Assembly (NCBI RefSeq): GCF_000143415.4
Contig: NW_003314293.1
Location: 1,432,457-1,496,456 of the forward strand
DNA length: 64,000 nt
Reading direction: 5' to 3'
DNA from: Selaginella moellendorffii
Lineage: Eukaryota > Plantae > Lycopodiophyta
A program made the translations under genes and the position numbers. Numbering within the stretch: position 1 is the first letter of the stretch; each line of letters starts with the position of its first letter. This document shows positions 33,418 through 45,806 of this stretch, piece after piece. The notes under the pieces are model-generated. The model was not told where the DNA came from. It saw only the letters and a list, made by a program, of their open reading frames with translations, and did no database searches.

Positions 33418-35674
33418 TGAAATTGCCCGCCCAAAAAGAAAAACCCTTGATTCAAATGACTAGGGCTCTTTACGGCTATGGCGTCAATGGCGCGCGCTTC
33501 GTTGGGGAATGATATTAAGTGATTTCTCTAAGTGTGACTAAGAGCTAGCTTATTCAAGGCCCCTTACACTTGGATGGATCATACTATCCAGCGGGATTTC
33601 TCACAGTGTAACTTAGATGAAGTTTATATTACTCACCTTTATGGAAAAGTTGGAATTTCAGGTTGTTTTATTATTTGCATATATGTAAATATATAATACT
33701 CTTATATGAAATTATATATTTGTTGCCAGGTTTCAGTACATTTAAAAAGATCATTAGTTAATTTTGTGAAGAGAAGAATTAAAAATAAATGTAAAAATAG
33801 ATGTAATAATCACAATGGTGAAGAATTTTAAATGACATAAAATATTTGTTAAAAACTTTTAAAATCTAATTTTATTTTTGGTATGATTGGTTAAATAAAT
33901 CATGTAAAAGAAATTACAAAATTGTGCATACGTTATGTTGGTATATCTAATTTGAATGTTTTAGGAAAGTTTAAAGTTGAAAAGAAAATTAAAATTTAAT
34001 AAAATTGTGATTGGTATTATAATGTCAGTTTAAAAAATTTAATAGAAGAATTTAATAAAGTATACTATGTTATAATTTTAAACTATAACAATTTCAAATA
34101 TAATAGAATGGTGATTTCCATGTAACTATAATTTTTTATTTTTTGGATTAAAAGTGAGCTAAAAAAAACTTTGTTTTATTTTTTTTTTACACAATTATAT
34201 GTAATAAAATCTAAACATATGGGAGAGCATTGGGTGGAAACTCTTGCTATGTAGGAAAGTCAACTATTTTTTGTAACCCTTGTTTATTAATAAAAATTCA
34301 AAACATACAAAAATTACATCAATGAATGGAAAAAATTTGAGAAAATAGTAAATTTTGGTAAGTGTTTTGCTAAACTTTTTGCACACTGCTCTTTTGCTAT
34401 ATTATGCACTACCCAAAATATAAAAACTATTATTTTATTTCAATTTAACTTTTAAGCCCATTTAAAAGCCTAAAGAATAATAAAAATAATCCCTTTCAGA
34501 GATTGTGTGAATTTAGATTTCAAATTAATAAAATAATAATCAGTTATAACTATTTAAATTTTAAATTTATTATTTATAAAATAAAAAGTACTTTATTTAG
34601 ATCTTTATTGATTTTACAAACAAAAAAAGACAAAACATAGCAAAACAATTATGTTTATGCCTAAGGCTAAAATGTTAACCAAGCATTCCTAATTTTCTTT
34701 ATTCTTTATTATTAAAAATACTTATTTATTGTTAATACCAATAAAAAATTTATTAATATAAAAAAATTACTTTATAAAAAGTTTATTAAAAATAATTAAT
34801 CTAAAAATCTATTTTAGATAGATGAACAGAGGTCTGTCATGGAGATGTTCAGGCTAGATGTGTACACCAGCCTGGCAAGGACCCCTCATCTGCCAAGGAC
34901 TTAAGACTGAACTCCTGGCACACAAAGCTTCACCGAGCTAGAGATGGTGTTCTACTTGTGAATGCCTGGCTCCATGAATTGGAGAAAGGAACTTCGGCTG
35001 TGGAGTGGAAGGATAAGCAGTTGCCTGGCAGCGATTCTGGCATCGCCAGAGCAGTGAGCGAGAAATGGGAAGAACTCACGTTCATCAAAGGAGGATAAGC
35101 GTGAAATCATGGAAAAACATTGGAGCAGGTGCAACAGCTCTTGGATGGTGATCACCAGCAGCGCATTCACGACCAGAGTTCCGTGCTGTAATCCTCGAGT
35201 CGTTTTCGTGTTTGACGAGGCAAGGGGTTTGAACGAAACCCGCTCGAGGTTTGTTTCCGTGGAATGCCAGCTTTGCGCTGGACTCAACCGCGAAGCTTTT
35301 GCCGAGAAAGAGCAACGAGGACAACAGCAGCTCGCCGAGAAAGTGCGGCGAGGACAGGCGAGCCGTTTTCGTGTTTGACGAGGCAAGGGGTCTGAACGAA
35401 ACCTCAGCTCCGCTGGGCGCTCAGAGTTTTGTTTCCGTGGAATGCCTACTTTGTGCTCATGCTGGACACAACCGGGAAGTTTTTGCCAAGAAAGAGTGAC
35501 GAGGACAACAGCAGCAGGGCCTTGAAGACCGGGAGATGCTTACTGCCTCCGATCTACTTCTTGCGAACTTTGCAACTAAACATGCTCAAGTTGAGCGTTG
35601 CGGAGTATAGTTCTTCGTCAACCTGGATGAAGTATGGAAGGCCTGTGTGGGCCGCCAGAATAGGATAGGGTGAA

Positions 35675-36517
35675 ATGGGAATTAGTAATGAGTTCGCCAG
35701 ACAGAGAACCAAGGATGGTATTGTTTGCTGCTGCAACAGGCCTGCAGGTGTGTCCTCGCTGCCCGATGGTAGCGTCACATATGAATGTTACGATGGAAAA
35801 CAGGTTGTTTGTCGCTCTTCCAGCGACGCCCAGCTACTAGCCTGCTCAAGTTCAAGAAGTGAAGCGGTATGCTTAGCTGGTACCTTCATCCCATCAAAGT
35901 GGTGGTCCCCTGTTCTGCAATTCTTTTGCCGTGCGGGAAGTCCCGGAGACTGCAGCGTTAAGCAGATACTTTCCAGGAGGCCTTGCTATCGGGTATCAAG
36001 CGGAAAACGATATGCGTGGTGCCGATCTCATTCTTCCTGTCTGGACTCCCGAGGGGATGACTTGCTGCGTTGTGTCCCTGAAGACAAGGGGCGGTGTCTC
36101 ATCCGAGCTCACCAAGTGGAAAGTTCTTCCTGTGGTTACCGTGTATGTCAATGCAAGGAGCAAGCAGTTGCGGACGCAAAGTCTTGGCTTCTGTGGGATC
36201 AGGAGGAGGATAAGAGTGATCTCCAGCTGACATGCTATGGCCTTGATGGCAACTTCGGTTACCTGTCGAGGGGCCTGCTCAAGAACATACTCGTAACCAG
36301 GCGGGATCCCCTTAAAGGTGCGGGAAGCCGAGTGGATCAAGCAAATGCTGACGTTTCAGTACGAGGCAGACTTCGTCGTGTCTCCGGCGGCATGAGTCTA
36401 TGCTCATGGATTACTCGTCTTCACGGAGAAGTTGATCTCTTTAAGTTCGAGTTAGAACTTGCTCTATCTCGTACTCTTGGTTCAATTAACGGTGATCGGA
36501 GCTCGAAGCAATACTAG
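35675..36517 (+). CDS. Hypothetical Cys-rich protein, possible GRF-like zinc-finger N-terminus
   Basis: Intact 280-aa ORF with CCCNRPA...YEC...C; two decayed copies in the duplicated arms. Confidence 0.45.
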   Translation: MGISNEFARQRTKDGIVCCCNRPAGVSSLPDGSVTYECYDGKQVVCRSSSDAQLLACSSSRSEAVCLAGTFIPSKWWSPVLQFFCRAGSPGDCSVKQILSRRPCYRVSSGKRYAWCRSHSSCLDSRGDDLLRCVPEDKGRCLIRAHQVESSSCGYRVCQCKEQAVADAKSWLLWDQEEDKSDLQLTCYGLDGNFGYLSRGLLKNILVTRRDPLKGAGSRVDQANADVSVRGRLRRVSGGMSLCSWITRLHGEVDLFKFELELALSRTLGSINGDRSSKQY

Positions 36518-36903
36518 TTCGCTGCTTACGCTTTGCTCTCTCTGCTGTTACTTTGGCTTGATTTTGGATCTACTCACGAAAGAGAAGCTACCAGGTATGC
36601 TTAGTAATGTTCGAGCTCGACCTTTATTATTTTGTAGATTACTTATGGTGTCATAGCTCTTTCTTTCTTGTTCTTTTTTGTAACTCGCGGATGAGATCCT
36701 AAACATAGTATACAACGAAAGGTTTATTGCAACTTCTAGAAAAAGATTCGGTATGAACCATATGAGACAGCCGTTCATCTTCTATTCCTCAAGAATAGAA
36801 CAATGGTTGTCTCTTATGTTTCCAGCATTGACTGGAAACTTCTCCAAAGCAGTCCTTCCGGTAAGTTTGCTTCAAATATCAGTAGATTCTTTGACGTGAG
36901 ATC

Positions 36904-38738
36904 ATGGCCAGTTTTCCAGTTTTGACATGTTTCTTCTTTTTCTTGGCTGCTGCAGCGATGGAGATATTTTACTAATAATAACCTTTTACACATGTAGAAA
37001 TTCACTTCACGAACACCAGTTCTCCTCCGGTGATCTACTAACACGAACGAGACGATTTCATTCTTCCTGCATCAAAAAGTTCCAAGAGGTGGGCTTATTT
37101 ATACAACCCGATTTTTTTGTCGTAATACACTTGATGTATCCAGGATTCGAGAGTATTTTCTCAGAAATACTATGAGCTCCTACTTTCAGCCTCGGCAAGG
37201 CCCAATCTTTCTTGTCATCTGTGTTTGATTAGAAATCTCTTGCGAAATCATTGGAAGGGGCAATCGTGACTGTCGAGCATCAGTATTACGGAGACTGTTC
37301 TCCCTTTCAAAACTTCACTTATGAGAATCTTAAGTTTCTCACGACGCAGCAAGCTTTATTCCAACTATCAGGCATTAAGTGGATGATGATCTTACCGTGT
37401 GATTTCCGTTTTCTTATACAGAACTTGATTATTCAACGATATAACAAGCAAGACAAGAATCCATGGATTGTTGTGGGAGGTGCCTTGAGTGCGTAGTACT
37501 GAAATTCCCGCACTTGGTTGCTGCAAGCTGGGAAGCTCAGCCGTGGTCCAAACAATCTTGGAATACAGTGATTATGACGAGCAAGTATGTTTACTCACGC
37601 CAAAGCTCGCTCATGTTTCTTTGTTTCTCTTGTAGATTGGAGTTTCTGCTGGTCCCGAATGCAAGAAAGAATTACAGGAGATTACAAAGCTGGCCGAAGA
37701 AGGCCTGGTAGCAAATTCAGCAGCCGTTAAATCCATGTTCTCTGCGGAAAAGGTATTGTCTTTGGAGTTCCTTCGTTTTTACTTGTGAACACTACATTTG
37801 ACAGCTTAAAGGTGATGACTTCTATTGCTGATAGCAGACATTGGAGCTGGTTTTGTAAGTAAACATCGTGAGAATATTTATACAAAGGTTGACAAGCATT
37901 TTGTTTATGCTAGGTGCAATATGGTAGATTTGATAACCTTTGTGCTGCACTTCTGGAAGCTGTTCAGAACAAAACAGACCTTCTGGTAACTTTTCTTTCA
38001 TAAAGGTCAAATTTTTTGCTTTTTTTTTAGAGGGCGTTTGCCAATCTTCTGAGCCTGAATCGTTCTTCCGTTGAACTTTACGATGCAAATGAGCTGAAAA
38101 GGCGAGCTGAAGCAAACGATATCGGTGCTATAAACTCTATGAGCTATGCGTACCAAGTTTGCACAGAATTGGCCGCCTTCCACGTTTCTCCGGCCAACGA
38201 CGGCATTCGGCTAAACCTTAGTAAGTTTGTTCGTGTTTCACTCTTTCAAAGTATGTGCCTTAGATGTTTTTCTTACAATTAACAGGTAATTCATCGACTA
38301 CTGGAATTTTTTGGCCACGAGACATTCCCAGAGTCAAAGCTTCAAACGAGAACTATGGAGGATGGGATATTGCTGGTAATTAATTCGTTCTTTCTTTTGC
38401 TGGCTTGATCCTGGTCTTTAACAAGCATGCTCTAGAATTATCTTCCTGAATGGCTCACAGGATCCACGGCGTGTCAAAACAAACTTTCTCTCCTTATGGT
38501 AACTTATTGTTTTGCTTCGAAGACTTTAAACAAAGATGAATTCACAGAGCCTTTCTTTATATTAACGTGTAAGAACTGCGCACACTGCCAAGACCTTTGG
38601 CCAGAATGTACCATAGAAACTGGTATAACTTCTGTAGTAATAATTTTTGTATACCCTGTTTTTAACATTGGATTCGATTCTCAGATCTAGGCCCACGCAT
38701 TTATATCTTTGTACATGAAGGAGTGGCTTTCCTCGTAG
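36904..38738 (+). pseudogene. Serine carboxypeptidase S28 pseudogene
   Basis: EHQYYG and NPWIVVGG(..)ALSA, with the catalytic SYAG segment deleted; frameshifts. Confidence 0.82.
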
Positions 38739-39432
38739 TACAAAATGATGCTTTGGTTTCAATTAATATGATGATTAGATAAATATTCCCGCCCCCATTC
38801 AAATTGCTAGGGTTTAGGGGAATGGCGGTGCGCTTCCCTCTTTCGGCTTACATCCGGTGCATAGGTTCGTCGATTGTTTCAGATCAAACTTACCAAGCAT
38901 TTGAGGCAGATTTCCGATCCAGAGGCGGCGCTTCGCACGAGCTAGTGATAAAATTATAATGCATGGATCCTATTATTTTTGGTCTTGCGCTCGCAGGAAA
39001 CAAACTAAAACTTGATAAGATTTTTACTTTCTCTCAAGTAGTCACCTCTTCCAGCTTGCTCTTTTTTTTTTCTTTTACAGATCGATGGCAATTACTGGTG
39101 ACTTTGGAACTTCAGGACGACACTAGACTCCGAATATTTCTCAGGTAAGGTCCCTATCATTCATCATTTTTTAACATTAGATCAACATTCTCTCACAGTG
39201 GATAGTCAATCAAAAGAAACAAGAGTGTTGCTTGGACGGAGCTCCATTCGTCAAATAATAGAAAAGATTCGCTGTAAAACATATGAGACAGCCGTTTGTG
39301 TTCTATTCCTAAAAGAAAACAACAAAATCTGTTGCCTCCTATGCTTCCATCATTGACATGAATAACAGTTTCGGAATTGTCAGCATCCCGGCAGCTTGCT
39401 TCAAATATCAGCAAATCGAGGTTCGTTTGATC

Positions 39433-41470
39433 ATGGCATTTTTCCCAATGCTGACATGCGTGTTCTTTCTCCTGGCTACTGCAGCAACTACATGCTCTGC
39501 TTTGGGTTGAAGAACTTCAATCCACCAACAGCGTCTATTTTCTGCTGCATCTGCAAACTTAAACAACACGAGCCAGTTGTTCCAGAAGCAAAGAGTTAAC
39601 CATTTTGATCCAGAAGTAGGACCTTGCATTTTTTATCTGGTGGTTATAGCGTTTGATTGATCCAGGATTCGAGAGTCTTCTCTCAAAGATACTTCGAGTT
39701 CCTGGATTACTTTCAGCCCCAACAAGGCCCAATATTTCTCGCCCTCTGTGGAGAATCCACATGCGGCGGCGGATATCAAAGAACAGCTGTAGGAGTAAGC
39801 GTCTCACATCATAACGTTTCATCCTTTTATCCAATTTGATGCAAGCAGGCTCTAGCTAAGTCACTAGGAGCGGTAGTCGTGACAATTGAGCATCGGTATT
39901 ACGGACAAAGCTATCCCTTTCAAAACTTCTCTTACAAGAACCTCAAGTATCTCACAACACAGCAAGCTTTATATGATTATGCTCTCTTTATCGACTATTA
40001 TGAGGTAGATAAATATCTCGAACGTGTTTTCTCGTGATCTTAACGTTCTTTGGTACAGAACTTGGTTAATCTACAATATAACAAGCAAGGCAAGAATCCA
40101 TGGATTGTTGTGGGAGGTTCATACGCAGGTGCCCTGAGTGCTTGGTTTAGACTGAAATTTCCGCATTTGGTCGTTGCAAGCTGGGCAAGCTCAGGTGTGG
40201 TCGAAGCTGTGCTGGAATATAGTGCTTACGACGAACAAGTACGTAAATTTACTTTGAGATTTCCTGTATTTATCCTTCTTTGTATGTAGGTGGGAATTTC
40301 TGTTGGTCCTGAATGCAAGAAGGCATTACAGGAGATCACAAAGCTGGCTGAAGAAGGTCTAGTAACAAACGCAACAGCAGTTAAATCTGTGTTTTTTGCA
40401 CAAAAGGTATTTCATCCTTTCTAAATCGTTTCTCTCAAAGGCTTAAGACTTGCGAACTTCGCACAGCTCAGAGATGATGATTTCCTGTCATTGGTAGCAG
40501 ACATTGCCGCTGGTTTTGTGAGTAGAAAGCTTGAGAATAACATAGTTTTCATTTAACGAGCTTTATATTTTTTCCGTTTTATTTTTTGTTAGGTGCAATA
40601 TGGTGCTATTGATATGCTCTGTCCTCCACTTTTGGAAGCCATTCAGAACAAAACCGATCTCCTGGTAATTTGCTCCTCTTTCATGAGTTCTATACAAGTC
40701 ACGACTTCATTGTTTTTCCAGATGGCATATGCACGTATTGGTGGAGTAGATAGCTCCTCCAGTGACTCTTACGATGCATATGAACTGAGAAGACAAGCTG
40801 AAGCAAACGATATCAGCGCTAAAGACACTATGAGCTGGAATTACCAAATTTGCACAGAATTAGCTTACTTCCAAGTTGCCCCTACCAACGACAGCATTCG
40901 ATCATCACGTATAAATCTCCAGTAAGTTTGTTTTCCCTTTTCCCTCTCAGCTTGAGTGTGACTTCATGTTGCTACGTGTTAGATATTACATCGACATTTG
41001 TGCTGTATTGTTTGGTCCCAACACATTTCCAGATGTTAGTGCCGCAAACTGGAACTATGGAGGGCGGGACATTGCTAGTAAAATATTTTCTTCTTCATGC
41101 TGCCTTGCTCTGTTCTAATCTTGAATAACAGGTTCTAGAATTATCTTTCTGAATGGCTCACAGGATCCGTGGCAGCATGCATCGAAGACGACATTTTCTC
41201 CAGGAGGTAAAACGATAGGGCAGCGCTTTTATGCTTAGGAGATTTACAATGATTTATTTTTCCCATAGAACCCTCCTTTGTATTAACTTGTGAAAGCTGT
41301 GCACACTGCGAGGACCTTTCTATGGATTGTAGTTCAGACATTGGTAATGCTTTGATACATGACCACCCTTGCGTTTAACTTTGATTTTCTCAGGATCACC
41401 CAGGTGCCAGGAGCTAATGAAGGCCCACACCTACATATCTTTGTACATGAAGGAGTGGTTTTCCTCGTAG
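39433..41470 (+). CDS. Serine carboxypeptidase S28 (prolyl carboxypeptidase-like), full exon set but premature TGA at codon 26
   Basis: Signal peptide; FSQRYF, IEHRYYG, GGSYAGALSAWFRLKFPHL, WNYQICTELAYFQ, NGSQDPW and AHCEDL motifs; TGA at 39508-39510. Confidence 0.85.
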
Positions 41471-41611
41471 TTAATGGCGTTCTCTTCGCGAGGGCAAACA
41501 CGATTCATGGCAAACTTTCGTAATTTCTGCTTTGAGCTTTCGAAGTTCTTCTTGTGGTACGTAAGATTTTAGCATGGAAGAAAAGAGAAACAGAAAAGAA
41601 GAAGGCTTTGG

Positions 41612-42060
41612 TTTTAGTCGTTGTCGTCATGATGAATTTCGACAGGCAGATCCACCGGCAGCAAGACGCTCTTGCTTCGCTGCTTTGTGGAGTTCCCCTC
41701 TCTCTCGCCTTGTCCTCGGATCTCCAAGAAGAACGCCATTGTAGCGTGACGGCTCCCCTGGCGTCTCCACACACCTTGACGACGCCCAAGTTTCCGATGG
41801 AGTCCTGGTGAAAGTATGTATTTGATCTCCAACGAGTGTCCAGTTTTAAGTTAGAAGAGGAAATGTATGATTCGCAAGGAGTTATTTTACCGGTTTGAGA
41901 AACTCGTTGAGTCGAACGTTCTCAGATGCTTGTCCGTGACCAACTTCTTGAGGAAACACTCCTGGTTCATGAGCTGGAGAAGTTCCTCCTGTTCCTCCTG
42001 CTCGGATCCTAAAGAACATCCACACTCTGCAAGTTACCTTGCTCCATGATCTGTTTTGTA
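41612..42060 (-). pseudogene. Relic of a WWE-ART gene
   Basis: HATMAFFLEIRGQGE...VLLPVDLPV and LQLMNQE segments homologous to 44560-45594, with large deletions. Confidence 0.75.
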
Positions 42061-42474
42061 GTCATGTCCACAGGGATAGAGTAGAGATCTATCAAATGAA
42101 TGGAATAGCAAATTTATGCTAAGGACTTTAGGCTTTGGAATTCGCGTGTTATGATCGTAGCGCGCCCATCCGAGGCGCCGACTCGGAACTTTCAGTGGAG
42201 CGTTCAAGGCTTGGTAAGCTAACTTCTAGTCGTCGTTCTTAATTTTTAACAAACTAAACCTCGTGAGGTAGCTCGGTTTCTCAACAACAGCCAAGAGAGT
42301 CACCTCTCGTTTTCTCTTTTACAGCTCGATGGTGAATTCTGGTGAACTTTCGAGCTGGGAAGTCAAAAGAACGACGCTAGAGTCCGAAATTTCCCAAGGT
42401 CGTTAGCCAATCAAAAGAAACAGGAGTATAGCTTGGACGAAGCTCCTTTCATCAAGTAATGTGAAAGATTCTCT

Positions 42475-44400
42475 ATGAAACATTGTTCTTCCTCCTGGCT
42501 ACTGCAGCAGCTACTTGCTATGCTTTGGGTTGGAGAAGTTCAATCCACCGGCAACATTTCTCTTCCGCTGCATGTACAAACGCAAACCATATTAGTTATT
42601 TTTTCCAGAGTCAACCATTATGATCCAGAAGTACGTCCTGCATTTCTTATCTAGTGTTATATAGTTGATCTAGGATCCGAGAGTGTTCTCTCAAAGATAC
42701 TTCGATCTCCTGGATTACTTTCAGCCCGATATTTCTCGCCCTCTAGCCATTTTCAAGCTTATGTCGCATCTCTCATTATAGGATTTAGCATCCTTTTTAA
42801 TCGATTGTTATGCAAACAGCGGCAATCGTTTGAGCATCGTGGAGAGAGCTATCCCTTTCAAAATTTCACTTGCGAGAACCTCAAGTATCTCACAACACAG
42901 CAGGCTTTGTTTGATTATGCTCTCTTTATCAAGTAGATAAATATCTAGAGCGTGCTTTCCCGTGATTTTAGCACAGAACTTGACGATAAAGCAAGCAAGG
43001 CAAGAATCCATGGATTGCTGTGGGAGCTTCATACGCAGGTGCCTTGACTGCGTGGTTTGGACTTAAATTTCCGGACTTGGTCGTTGCAAGCTGGGCAAGC
43101 TCAGGTGTCATCAAAGCTGTGCTGGAATATAGTGCTTACGATGAACAAGTATGTAAAATCACACTGAAGTTTTATCTTGTTGCCCCATAGGCACTCTGTT
43201 AGTGTATGATGTTCACCACCCAACCGTATAAGCACTAGAACCTCTCCCAAGACTTTAGATGCTGTGGATCTCTAAAGATATTTATGATTATTTTTTTAAG
43301 TAGGTGGGAATTTCTGTTGGTCCTGAATGCAAGAAAGCATTACAGGAGATCACACGGATGGCCGAAGAAGGTAGCAACAAATGTAATAACAGTTAAATCT
43401 CTGTTTCTTGAAAAAAAAAAGGTATCGATTGCTTCTGTTCTCTCGTTTTACAGCTCAATGACGTTGACTTCCTTTCTCTTGTAGCAGACGTTGCAGCTCC
43501 TTATGTGAGAAAAGAGCTTCATTCGATCCTAGATTGTACTTAACATCTTGTCCCATATTCATTTTATTAGGTGCAATATGGTGGCATTAAGTTGCTTTGT
43601 CCAGATATTCATAACAAAAGCGATCTCCTGGTAATTTTGCTCTTCTCTCATGTATACAAGTGACGACTGTATTTTTCCAGGTGGCATATGCAGGCAGATG
43701 GGGAATAGATTCCTACGATGTATATAAACTGAATAAACAGGCTGAAGTAAACGATATCGATGCTAAAGACACTATGGGCTGGTCCTATTAAACTTGCACA
43801 GAATTGGGATACTTCCAAATGAATGCTGGCACACACACGCACCCCTTTCTTTTAGAGGAACCATGGCCTCCATAAGCTTTCAGGAATCGATTAAAAATTT
43901 GGTGTAAAGTATTTAGCTCCAAGGTTGTAGGCTTGAAAGAAGGGGAAAACAATTCGATCATCACGTATAAATTTCCGGTAAGTTTGCATTTCCTTTTCCC
44001 TCATATCTTGAGTATGCCCAAGAAGCATTATGAAGGTCCTTGCAGCGTGCACAGCTTTCACAAGTTACTACAAAGAAGATTCCGTGGGAAAAAATAAAAC
44101 ATTGTACTGATCTCTCATTTTAGCCTGTGGAGAAAATGTCATCTTTGAAGCATGCTGCCACGGATATCATAAAGATAACGATTACTCAAGAAGAACAAAC
44201 TTACCAGCAATGTCCCGTCCTCCGTAGTTCCTGTTTACAGCACTAACATCTGGAAATGTCCTGGGACCAAACAAATTATTGATGACCAGCAACAAAAAGA
44301 CACCACCCTTTTGATCCTCTCAGGAGCGCCAAAGTGTAAAGAGCTAATGAAGGCCCACGCGTACATAGATTTGTACATGAAAGAGCGGCTTTCCGCGTAG
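42475..44400 (+). pseudogene. Serine carboxypeptidase S28 pseudogene with an internal inversion
   Basis: Homologous to 39433-41470 with indels; ~44032-44274 is reversed. Confidence 0.8.
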
Positions 44401-44559
44401 TTGGTTCTCTTTGCAACATTCATCCCAGGTTTTCATTTGAGCTTTCTTGTGTTTCTAATATTTTTTTTCTTTTAGACACGAACAAAAGGATGACAGAAAC
44501 GTCAAATGTGGTATGTAATGTTTTACCATGAAAGAGAAGATACAGAAAAGAGAAAAGCT

Positions 44560-45594
44560 TTAGTTGTCGTCGTCGTCGTCGTAGTCGTCGTCATCGTCGT
44601 CATAGTGATTTTCTACAGGCAGATCGATCTCCGCCACCGGCAGCAGGACGCTCGACTTTGTGTTTGGAATGCTGCGCTGCTTTGCGGTGTTCCACTCGGT
44701 CTCTCCATGTCCTCGGAGCTCCAGGAAGAGCGCCATTGTAGCTTGACGGGCTCTCGTCTTGCAGTACTGCAGGCTCACGTACGGATCTTTCCCGACCCAA
44801 AACTTCCTGGTGTCTCCACACAGCTTGGCATCCAATCCATTCTTCTTGATGGATTCCAAGTTCTCGGATGGAGTCCCGTGAAAGACGTACTCGAGAGACT
44901 TGAGCTCCGAAGAGTCTCCTTGCTTGACAGCGCAGAACATCTCCACTGCGACCACATGTAAGTTCTAAGTTCGAAGAATGTATGATCATTGACAACTTAA
45001 CTGATGAGCTCTTTGTTGGTCTTGGCGGTTTCCTTGAGAGCTTGGACGAACTGGCGGTACATATCGGGCTTATCGGCCAGAAACGTGTTGAGTCGAACGT
45101 TTCTTATCTCTGGATGCTTTTCCGTGACCACCTTCTTGAGGAAACTCTCCTTGTTCATGAGCTGGAGAAGGTCCTCGACTGCGTGCTCGATTGCTTGGTC
45201 CTCGGGATCCTGGAGAAAAAGCAGGAAACTGGAGCTTGCGAAAGAACAAAAGAGTTCCAACTTTTACTTTTCCGATGATCTTGATCTCCCGTCGATAGCC
45301 ACTCCGCAAGTTAACTTGCTCCATGCGCTCCAGATCGATCTGGTAGTCAAGTCCATTGGGATACTTCGCTGAGGTGATCCTTCCCAGAGAAACATTCGAT
45401 GCTCGTCCCTTGGAGATCTATCAAACAACAAAACTGGAAACCTATTGCTAGAACGCAATGACATAGCAGACCTTGTTCTTGTGAGCGTCACGAATGGCAT
45501 GCTCGGTGCTTGCGCTGTATCGTACCCAGCAATCGTCCTCCCTCCAGTAAACTCCAGCCTCAGTGGGATCGGCGCACTCCTTGGTGATACACAT
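44560..45594 (-). CDS. WWE-domain + minimal PARP-like ADP-ribosyltransferase-fold protein (4 exons)
   Basis: Spliced: MCITKECADPTEAGVYWREDDCWVRYS...|...YQIDLERMEQVNLRSGYRREIK (WWE)|DPEDQA...|EYVFHGTPSENLESIKKNGL...FWVGKDPYVSLQYC...LLPVAEI, then an acidic tail. Confidence 0.75.
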
Positions 45595-45806
45595 TCTTGG
45601 ATAGAAACGATCACAAGCGCAGCCACATTATATTGCCAGAGAATGACTATAATTAATGCTACTTGTCTCCACGCTCCAGGGATTTTGGATAGATTTTACC
45701 CGCACTTTTTGAGCAAAGAGTTTAGCTAGAAAAAAGTAAAGGAGATTTCCTTTATGAGTATACAAAATAGGGTTTATTAAGTCGCCGAGAAGGCGGGAGG
45801 AGAGCG

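Noticed and set aside
39508-39516. Programmed stop read-through or RNA-editing rescue of the S28 TGA
   Set aside because: The TGA-AGA context is not a known leaky motif, and plant C/U editing is organellar and could not restore TGG.
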